Source of the DNA: Rotaria sp.
Taxonomy: Eukaryota
DNA: 45,299 nt
Direction: 5' to 3'
Assembly: GCA_905330235.1 (NCBI GenBank)
Contig: CAJNUA010000162.1
Span: 81,202 to 126,500 of the forward strand
Made by a program: the position numbers and the translations under genes. Below, one piece after another: positions 36,113-45,299 of the stretch (position 1 is the first letter of the stretch; every line of letters starts with the position of its first letter). The notes under the pieces were generated by a model. It was not told the DNA's origin. It saw only the letters and a list, made by a program, of their open reading frames with translations, and searched no databases.

Positions 36113-39100
36113 TATATGTTTATAGCGACAACAATATATCACGTACGATATAACACGTAATAGAAATATTACTACGTAAAAGAAGTGTTATTACGTAATA
36201 ATAGCAGAAATGATCAAGATTACTATCAATGTTTGTTCGACGCTGAGAGAATAGAAGCGAAAGAATAAACAATTTTCAATCATCGAAGAAGAACAAAAGA
36301 GATGCACATATAACAGAAAAAAGAACGAGAAAACAAACAAACATATAGATATTCTTTTTTTAGAAACAATAAATACTTACAACAATTACAGTTATAAGGG
36401 TCATCCTATCAAGAAAAAAAATATCATGTCAACCAATACAAGTGGACACAAGCTAAGATTTTTCTCACACATAGTTGTGTTCATGTGGCAGATAATGTGA
36501 AAATCTGAGCTTAAACAACATTGAACAGATCGAGTTATCCGTTTGGCAAAATATTAAAGTCGTTCTATAAATCATTAATTATGCTATTTCGCAGAATTGC
36601 AAGATAATTGTAGTTTTTTACAAGAATATATTTATTTTCACTTCTATTCTAATGATAACAACATGTACCTGTAGCATTATGTACCGAAAGAAATCGCTAT
36701 ATATGTAACTTACCGTATAAGCACCGCTATAGTCAATAGGATAGAAGTGAAAATAAATACGGATGATAGACAAAAAGTTCTCGCAGTAGCAGTTTAAAAT
36801 TTCATCCTTATTATTTTTATTCCTGATGTTGGTCTATTCTAGAAGAGACAGTGGTTATGTATTAAATTGCCAATACGAACTTTTACCAGGATCTATTATG
36901 AAAAATTCTTAATGAAGTTTTTCGTCACATCTATTTTACAATGGAAAAACTGTGAATATACTCATATATTAAAAAACGTGTTTGTTATTAAGTCTTAATG
37001 CAACAAAAATTCATGATGAATTAACTTCTTGCTTATGGGCAAGCTTATGCTTCATTGTGTACTGTCACTGATTGTGTTCATCAATTTTTAAGTGGATGAG
37101 AATCACTAGAAGATGATCTGCGAAGTAGCCACTCAATAACTGCCATTACTCAACAAATGTTGATTCTATTAAAGATCTATCGAATGCTATTTCACATATT
37201 AGCCTTGATTATATTACTACGATCTTAGACATATCTATCACATAAAAACTATCCTGCTAGATTCTTGAAGAAATTAGCGACAAATTTAGGTAAGGAAAAA
37301 TCATCGTCAACAAAAAATAGTACAAATATGCATAATAAAAATGCATAATCTCACGTGCAAGAAATTATTCGCAATCTCAATAATCTTCAGGAGAAAAAAA
37401 TCTAAGTTATGAATCCTACGCTATGCACGGCTACCTTTACTCTTTCAGACCTTTAGTCCTTCAATTGTCTGAAACGTAGCCTTGATAATATTCAAATGCT
37501 GCTAGTTAAACTAAAGCAATAACAAGGGAGCTCAGTTCAATACCTGTTCACGAATACCAAAAGACACTGCAAAAATGGGTTCAATGGGAGAAACTTTGTA
37601 TTGAACATTATGGACACTACTTCGAACATTTACTTTAAACCGTATACCAAAATGTTTTTTTTCTATGAATAAAAATTCGAAAGTGCATGAACTTCTTGAC
37701 TATCCTATGTATATTATTGTGAAAAACTACAATAGTCTTGCAATTCCTCGAAATAGCATAATTAATGACATATAGAACGACTTTAATATTTTGTAAAACT
37801 GATAACTCGATCTTCTCAGGGTTGTTTGCGCTCACACTTTCACATACTATCTGCCACATTAACACAACTATGTGTGAGAAAAATCTCAGTTCGTGTCAAC
37901 TTGTATTGATTTACATTATATTTTTTTTTCTGATAAGATGACCATTATAACTGTAATAGTAAGGACGCTCTATCTCCTCAGAAACAAGCCAGAAACCTGA
38001 ACTTTGCTACCATAGACACAGCTCACTAAGGGCTACAAGATGCACGAAATCCCGACTAAAAAAAGTTCCGACACTTGGGAATGTTTCCTCGTCCGTCATA
38101 AACGTCGCCAAAGTGTAAAGATTCAAGCTGTTGGTAACTTGACGAGCTTTTGCAGCATGAAAATAAATCGGTAGTGTGAGAACCTTCTCTCTTTCCCATA
38201 CAAGTAGATAAGAACACAAACGAATGAAAGAAAGAAAGAAAAAAAAAAAAGCATTTCATCTGTGCAGCATGTTTGATCGTGTCAAAGTATACAGAACAAA
38301 GCCTGGGTTTCTCTTGTGCATTTTCACTCTTTGGCTTAGGCATACCAATGGTTTATCGCATGAGGCATCAACAACCGTCTCTCTTGCATTGTTCTCTTGG
38401 AGTGAAGAAGAAAGAAGAGTGGCTGCTTTTGTGTGTTGTTTTTTGTCTTGATGCTTATCGCATGAGAGTATAAGAGAACGAGCGAAAAAAAATCCTAGGT
38501 TGCCAGGAGTATAATTATAAGAGTGCAGAAAAAAAAAGAAATCATTTTATCAAGTAGTGGACAAAAAAATATAACGTTCTTTTGTACATCACCAATGAAG
38601 TCTGCCATCGTGAATACAGTGAGCAATGAGAAATTGAAAGAAATTTATAGATCAAATGAGGATGAAATTCGACTACTGGACAAAGGCGGACCTATGAAGA
38701 ACTCGAGCTGTCGTCATCTGGATGAACTCTTGGCAATCACACATATTCGTCCGGTATTCATCGTATTCAACTAAGAATATATCACAACTTTGTAATTTTG
38801 ATGATTCACTCACGAAATATACTGCCTGTACCGGAAGACGCTGCTTTCTCCCGTTTCGATTTAAGTTCTTCTGGATACGGTGACTAACTAATGGTGGCTG
38901 CGTATGTAATAGAAGAAATTAAATTGATTGGTTGAGAAAACTTCGTAGAACCAATGATTTTTTTTGCGTTGAAACTGAATTGTGATAAGCATCGATTGAG
39001 CATCGTAAATGAAGATGGTAAAGAACAAGACGAAATGGCAGTAAATGTTGCCGATGTTCCTCTTCCTTGGTGTCTCTTTGTTCAACTTTCTCGGTCGGTA

Positions 39101-39657
39101 GATCGTGTACCACTCTTATTAATGCTCAGCTAAACAATTGTGGCTGCTTCATTTTCATATTATCATCATATCAAATATGTTGGCAGCCCACTTGTATCTT
39201 TACTTTTCGAAGAGGGTAGGGGTGTGGATCAAGAAAAAAACTCGTATCTACTCTCGAAAATTCAAAAGGAATAGAATGAAAAAAAACACACTGTACCACA
39301 AGGTAGACAATGGTTTTAAATATGTGTTTCAGAAAGACACAGGTAGACGGATAGACGCACCGATAGAATTGAATTAATTACCGTCCTTCCAAATCCTACA
39401 CTGCAAAGTCTAGAGAAAATGTAAAGAACATCCAAGAGAGACGGAACGAATAGAAAAAATTCATTTTCTTCCACTTTTCAACATGAGGATGACTTGTAGA
39501 TGGATGAAATAGAAAAGTAATCTTTTTCGTCCGCGATATTTGCTAGAGGCTTATACTTTGTTGTCATCTTTAGTTTTAAGAATACAATTAAATAGTGACG
39601 ATAACGATAAATTTAATAGATATTATTCTAGATATACTTTGTTAAACATCAATTAGG

Positions 39658-39954
39658 ATGACGAGATGGGAAGTTGAACGGCAGGATGGGGGAATCACGG
39701 ATGTTATGAGAGTAAATATATTGAGCATAATAGGTACTTCAATTGATACACATGGGACATCACAAATGTTCAAGATTGCCGATGAAGTTAGGGGTTGGCT
39801 TGATGCAACTTATGGAAACACATGGGGTGTAGCCATTGGTGAGACAAGCAAATATGAATGCGCTTTTATTCCTTATGGTGGCAAGTTTTTGCGACTCAAA
39901 GAAACAAAGTTAGGATGGACTATTAAAATTTATCAACAATGTCCAAATCAATAA
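39658..39954 (+). CDS. LC8-type dynein light chain-like (DLC) protein, 98 aa, single exon (..KIADEVRGWLDATYGNTWGVAIGETSKYECAFIPYGGKFLRLKETKLGWTIKIYQQ).
   Basis: ORF 39658..39954. Its C-terminal half aligns to DYNLL1 ([51 protein letters not shown]): conserved TW-x-[CV]-[IA]-[VI]-G followed by alternating beta-strand residues. The DLC family is expanded in flatworm tegument. Confidence 0.5.
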   Translation: MTRWEVERQDGGITDVMRVNILSIIGTSIDTHGTSQMFKIADEVRGWLDATYGNTWGVAIGETSKYECAFIPYGGKFLRLKETKLGWTIKIYQQCPNQ

Positions 39955-42121
39955 AAATAGCAAGATTTACTATATTGCACACTTTTTTTAACTCTAATTT
40001 TACTATATTATGCATATCTGACATATTGTTCACACCATCTTTACCTGGCAGTCTCCCATAGTGGTGTGGGTGTGGGTACGGATTCTTGCCTGCTCTTTGA
40101 TAGATATTCACATTCACACCCTTAGCCGTTTTCTCAGAAAAACGCTGAATCCTTGCAGGATCCTTATAGAATTTGTCAAGAACTAAGTACTTAAACATCG
40201 AATATTTCCGCTAGGGTATCGTCATTTTATACCAAAACAAAGAAGCAATTGAATAGTTTCAAACAATTGAAAAGTATACCTTTTTGCGTCGTATTATGTT
40301 GCGACGTGATTTCAGAATAACTAGTGACAACTGATTATTACGGTACTAAAATAAAAGAAAAAAAATTAATTATGTAGTATAAATGTATTCAGTAATATCG
40401 AAGTACTGCTTTGGATATAAACTTCTCGTATACATTCAAAATCTTAACAAAATGAGAGCAGAAGAATTTTTCATTTTCAAGAATGAATCTGCTTGTTTTT
40501 CTGTTAAAAACTGCATCATAAGAAACGAAGCTCTATAAAACAGAAAGAACTAGTGATCAAAATATTTTCTACAAGTTAAAGAATGCACAAATGTCAATAA
40601 TCATCTACAATAAGATGAATAAATAAAGGCAAATGATGACCAAAAAGACGATCGTTTAAAAGAAAAAAGAAAGAGCAACTCTCATATATATATGAAAAAA
40701 ACTTTCTTCATTCTAATTGCATAAAATAAATGAAACTAACTTGCTTTTCTCATTCATAACACAAAAAAGATTGATCTTGATGAGAAAAATAAAGAAATGT
40801 TTAACTTAAACCACAAAAGGATGTGAAAATGAAATATCATGCAAGAAGAAATATCAACAGATGAACGAAAGAAAAAGAAAATGTTGTAAGAGTTTGCTAA
40901 CGTGTGACTAGCCAGTAATATGTATGACAAAATGGCATTCCAAGAGAGAGTGCCACTTTCGTTTTTAATTCAAACAGTAGCATGTAATTACTGCTTACTC
41001 TACTGGCAATACAAAGCAAAAGCTCACCTCGTTCTGACAATAATGGATTACTATTAATAACTTTGTTGCTGATCTCACTAAGATTACCGCTAACAAATGA
41101 CGCACCTACCTAAAAAGCAATTAGTGAATATTCAACTGATATTATACTTAACGCGTGTCAGTATCTATTGGATCCAAGCGTCTAAAAAGAAGAACCATCT
41201 CGCCTCTAAATTTAGATACTAGACAAATGCACCATCTTGGAAGACAGCTGGCTTTTTCTTACAGTGTGCTCTTCATTTGATTCGACTGATGTGCTGCTCT
41301 CATCTTGTTTGTCGCGTTGGCAACAAGTTAGTGACATCGGCCACTGCATATGGCAAACGAACATTTTCATTGAAATTACTTCTCAGCAAGTGGTGTTCAT
41401 CAAACATTATACAAAGACTCAGATCCAATGAGTGGACCGAAAGTTGGAACCAATTCATATTTTCTGTATCTAACATTTCTGAACGCTCGATCTCCGTGCG
41501 ATAGACATTTTTTGCCAGTCTTAATAGAATACAATGTTCTCGAAAAGTTGATCGGTTGTCGACATTTGAAAATAAATAAAAGAAAATATTGCCAGATTCC
41601 TGAAGCAATTATAAAGTATATATGCATTGTTGGAAAATTAGTAATCGATCAGTCAAAAATTAGTGAACAGTTGAGTGTGTTAAATATAAACATGTGGAAC
41701 TGAAAAGAAGAGAAGACAAAAATGTTTTCTTTCGATCTTTTTATATTAAAGCTAGTTGGGAGAATCTAGTAATCGCGTGCACTCGAGTCGATAATTGGAT
41801 ATTTTCGACCAGAGCAATATCAAGTGTAATTTTATTTTTGAAAAACTTTTCTGTAAACGAGAGATACATACAAGCCTATTGGAAAGATGATTTTACTCTT
41901 GAAGAATCGAAATTACGATCAGTCAGATTGATCTCTATTCTATACTCGGTGCTCTTCATATCTGATTGCCATTGGCTATATTTTTATGAAAAAAAAATTA
42001 TGAATCTTCTATAGTTAAGAAGAGATCAAAGAAAACGTATGGAGAAATCACCATAAGCAGTCGAAAACGCGAAAAATTCTGTAATAAATTCAAAAATAGA
42101 TAAATGCAACAAAAATGAAAA

Positions 42122-42553
42122 GTACCTAGGCATGTATCGAGCTTTTTTTACATTATTTTCGAGTTTTTTCATACTAAAGCTGAAGTTGCGAAATAAAAAG
42201 CTGAATCGCGTAATCTAACGTATCAAAAGATTGAGAAAATTTTACTCTATCAGATGAGACATACCTCATCTCTGTGCAGCAATTCTTTTGGTTTTTGTGA
42301 GAACTTTACAAGCCGAGCCTGGCCGAGCTAAGGCTCGGTGCTCGGGCTCGGTTGAGACATTTTTTGCACTGCAAATAAAAATTAGAATAACTGCAACACA
42401 GAACTGTGGAACGTCTCATTTTGTAGAGAAATGTTTTGTCTATCTTTTGATAGGTTCAGCCGCAAGATTAAGTCTTACATTTCAGAGCTCAAGGTTATAA
42501 TATAAAAGTGTTGAAAAATAACGAAAAAAAGCTCGGTACATGCCTAAAAGTAC
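42122..42553. mobile_element. A roughly 430-bp TIR-bounded element (MITE-like) with about 28-bp inverted termini GTACCTAGGCATGTATCGAGCTTTTTTT / AAAAAAAGCTCGGTACATGCCTAAAAGTAC. It contains an internal GC-rich hairpin (GCCGAGCCTGGCCGAGC...GCTCGGTGCTCGGGCTCGG) at about 42310-42355.
   Basis: The rc of 42524-42553 aligns to 42122-42150 with about 3 mismatches. The internal sequence is non-coding. Confidence 0.45.
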
Positions 42554-43573
42554 CCGAGTATCCATAAAAAGCGTATAGTTGTTGAGGAAACTAGCAAGCA
42601 AAACAGAATTGTTTTGAACAGCCCTCTATGATGGGTGCATAACTACATTGCTCTAGTTATTTTCTCTTTTTTATGTTCTGATTCAATATGACGTCATGCA
42701 AGATAAGAAAGATTTGTGCTCCTTCCATATTATATGGTCAGATTGCTTCTTTTAATACTGTGTTTGCATGTATATTACTGTATTATGTGAGTATGTGTAT
42801 CTACATGTCTAAGTTGTTGTACCTAGAGAAATTGAGTATATGTATATGAGCGTGTACGCATATCAGAGTTTACAAAGCTTCACATTACTGATCTTGAAGC
42901 AGAAAAATCTTTATGTTTTATGTATGACGTTGTTAGCTTTTTGTTTGTGATAAAAGTATTAAAAAGAATTACATTTGTCCGAGTAGATAAAGCTAGCTGT
43001 TACAGTGTATTCTTATAACATATACCTCGATCCTCTCTATTCTCTTCTCTTTAGTCATTTCTTTATTTCGTTTCTGTTACTTCTTTTCTTTGACGTTGAT
43101 TAACCTTTGTATTCTTTTTTGTTTTGTCCTTGTTTTCTCATGTGTGTATATAAACACTGTTTTTCTAAAAGAATAAACAGAGAGAGAAGAAAACACGTCG
43201 TTATTGTGTTCATCGCTCTTTGTGAGTGCGAATCCTAACACTAGCAAAGATCGAGTCATAAACGTAACTGTAACAACATCAAACTCAATATTTTTTCTAA
43301 AAAGTTTGGTAAGAAACAGTCACGTGATAAGTTGCGCAACCAGTATGCAACTATATTAGTAATGTGTGCGTTCTCCTTCTAAATAATAACTATGTAAATC
43401 ATGCGTAGGTATCAAATCAGTTTACTAACCAATATGCGTTTATTTATATTTCATATAATCAGAAAATTTAAATAATTTATGTGATTAGTATTTTTTTTCA
43501 ATTAATAATTACTCGAAGATTCACAATTCAGTCATAAAAAAGCTGTGATCCCTACCCTTTTAACAAAAATACA

Positions 43574-43681
43574 ATGAGCAGGAAACGGAACAAAACTGTG
43601 GTGGAGAAGAAAGAAAATAATGACGATGCCTCAATCTCATACAGATCTAAAAAACAAAGAGTAGAAATGACTGTTGAAGAG
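43574..43681 (+). CDS. Exon 1 of a hypothetical basic (NLS-like) protein (MSRKRNKTVVEKKENNDDASISYRSKKQRVEMTVEE). Donor GTAATT.
   Basis: ATG at 43574. The phase-0 donor joins in frame to ORF 43757..44335 through the acceptor ...ACTTTAG at 43744. Confidence 0.35.
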
Positions 43682-43744
43682 GTAATTATACTGTATCCCT
43701 TCGTGAAGATTTACCAGCTTTACGTTTCACTTTTTTTACTTTAG

Positions 43745-44335
43745 TATGACAAATTCTTGATAGAGAAGAAAGATGGTAGATTCAAGCGGACTGGAACATG
43801 GGGTGGAATGTATAAAAACGTAGCACATGAGTGTTGTGACGCTGAATGTGTACGCAAGTGGAAGCCTTCGCCTGCGCAATGTTTGACAGACGATTATTAC
43901 TGTCCTTCCTGTGTACTTCATCATCGGAACAATGAGAGCCGATTTTCAGAAGAAAGATTAAAATGGACAGCTAACGTTCCAAATACGTTCTATGTATTTT
44001 CTCTTGTTGATCCAGGCACGGAAGCAAACGGTAAAATTGAAAGACCGCTGATCAAATTTGGTCGCACTCAACATGAGAATGCTTTGAAAAGGTATCCTAC
44101 ATTAGAACTAAAACAATACCAAATGAAACTCTTGTTGACCTTACGCGCAAAATTAATCACGACTACCAGAATTGAAAATTGGTGGAAGGAGCAAGCAGAA
44201 GAAAAAAATTGGTTTGTAAGATTTAGTAATAGTGATTTTCATGGACAAACCGAATGTATTCAAGTTAGTGATAATGATTTGGCACAATTGATTGCTCAAT
44301 CAAAAGAAATGGCAGCTGCCAATGAAGAAATATAG
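43745..44335 (+). CDS. Exon 2 of the hypothetical protein. It contains a Cys/His cluster (HECCDAECVRKWKPSPAQCLTDDYYCPSCVLHH), a possible zinc-binding module. Family unknown.
   Basis: ORF 43757..44335 (192 aa) extended 12 nt upstream to the acceptor. There is no recognisable homology, but it is the longest clean ORF in the last 6 kb and has an upstream splice-compatible exon. Confidence 0.35.
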   Translation, partial: YDKFLIEKKDGRFKRTGTWGGMYKNVAHECCDAECVRKWKPSPAQCLTDDYYCPSCVLHHRNNESRFSEERLKWTANVPNTFYVFSLVDPGTEANGKIERPLIKFGRTQHENALKRYPTLELKQYQMKLLLTLRAKLITTTRIENWWKEQAEEKNWFVRFSNSDFHGQTECIQVSDNDLAQLIAQSKEMAAANEEI

Positions 44336-45299
44336 AAATAACTGTACCAAAAATATGTAGGATGCCATGAGTGGATCATGCACTGTAAAATAGAAAATAG
44401 CTTATAGAGAACACAAAAAATATTCTAGGAATGTCCACACGAATTCGATAATGAATTTCTATTTGTTTTGAAAATACAATATTCAACTTTCAGGTTTTTT
44501 CATGTTAGAAAATCACGCTCGTATCCATATGGACGCTTCTCTGATAGAGAACTCGATTTTACATTGTGAACATTTTCCGAAAAATGCAAAATCTGTTATC
44601 ATTTTTTATCTTTAAAATAAACTGTTCTTTCATCTCTATACCGATTTTATTTACAACCGTAACGATGCCTATTACCCAGAAGCGTATATATTACTTGATA
44701 TATTATAGTTTAACAATATTCAAGAGAAAATATAATTATCATACAAAGATTTTCGTCTGCATATATTTAGAGCAGATTATGATTTTATAGACAATTAATG
44801 TAACATCTACTAGAGAATTGCTTTTATCTACGTCACTAAATACGCAGAAGTTCTAGTAGAAGTGTGATCATATAAAATGAACCTTTTTGCTATATATATC
44901 AAAGAACCAGTTTTGGGACCAAAAAGGCTCAAAATTAATTTTTTCCTTTGTAAACACGCGTCAAAGGAAAATTTTAGTTTTACGAAAGACAGTATGAGAA
45001 CGACATCTAGTCTTCTTTGTTCCTGCTAGATAATAATATAACTCAGTACAAGAAAGATAAAGAAAAGCATTCACTTTCCGATATTCGTTGCATGCCAGTT
45101 TTTTTCAATTAATTTTATAACTATGATCATTTTCTTTAAAGTTCTTTTCAGCAAAAAAAAAGAAAAAATGATCTCAAGCTACTGTTTGTTCATATCGATT
45201 CAAAGATCTAAATAACGGATGATCTGAAAATTTTTAAACAAAATGTTTGTTCACTTCTGATCCGCTAGAAAGTATTTCCAAGCAGTCAAAAGCTATGAG

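Noticed and set aside
38320-38470. Possible U2-like motif (TCTTTGGCTTAGG) and a repeated TATCGCATGAG within a cluster of overlapping ORFs on both strands
   Set aside because: The similarity to the U2 5' region is limited to about 10 nt and there is no Sm site or stem structure. The ORFs flank a (GAAA)n / poly-A low-complexity tract (38221-38250) and look like chance ORFs.
40040-40075. A TTTACCTGGCAG string resembling the 5' end of U1 snRNA (ACUUACCUGGCAG)
   Set aside because: Only the 10-mer matches. The downstream sequence (TCTCCCATAGTGGTGTGGG) does not continue the U1 sequence or its stem-loops. It is more likely a splice-donor-like site on the opposite strand (the rc is CTGCCAGGTAAAG).
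41237-42014. Six overlapping ORFs (64-106 aa) on both strands
   Set aside because: They mutually overlap in different frames and have no recognisable motifs, which is typical of chance ORFs.
1-45299. Prokaryotic or phage interpretation (operon, defence system)
   Set aside because: Conserved proteins are interrupted by canonical GT-AG introns with correct phases. There are AATAAA signals, animal-specific families (Fem-1, MVP, DLC) and Tc1/mariner-type MITEs. There are no Shine-Dalgarno-spaced gene arrays.

Overview
This window is AT-rich (about 33% GC by eye) nuclear DNA from a metazoan, not a prokaryote. The conserved proteins are split by GT-AG introns, including 39-57 nt micro-introns, AATAAA-type 3' signals are present, and the protein families are animal ones. 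The micro-introns and an LC8/DLC-like tegument-type gene suggest a platyhelminth (Schistosoma-like) origin, but that is a guess.

Gene content, as far as I can model it by hand:
- (+) 407-2188: a secreted alpha/beta-hydrolase (GSSQG nucleophile elbow; S33/TAP-like), at least 5 exons.
- (-) 7223-9207: a Fem-1 homolog (ankyrin-repeat protein), 3 exons.
- (+) 13180-14626: an unusual gene in which an R-S-ExE mono-ADP-ribosyltransferase (ART) domain is fused to a GAPR-1-like CAP/SCP domain. It carries one in-frame TAA and one frameshift. This is the most interesting object in the window.
- (-) 17000-17461: a secreted Cys-rich WAP-like protein, single exon.
- (-) 19537-23063: a major vault protein (MVP) locus covering only the N-terminal repeat region. 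It ends in a hydrophobic tail followed by AATAAA, and there is no room for the C-terminal half.
- (-) 27994-28269: the first two exons of a ZnF-UBP (ubiquitin-specific-protease-like) gene.
- (+) 39658-39954: an LC8/DLC-like dynein light chain, single exon.
- (+) 43574-44335: a 2-exon basic, Cys-rich hypothetical protein.

Repeats:
- Two TA-flanked TIR elements: a MITE at 4947-5401 and a 1.6 kb near-perfect palindrome/foldback at 34498-36112.
- A roughly 1.5 kb TIR-bounded element inside an MVP intron with a CpG-rich CGTATACGA motif.
- A roughly 430 bp TIR element at 42122-42553.

No rRNA or tRNA gene could be supported. All coordinates were derived by hand translation and should be checked by alignment.
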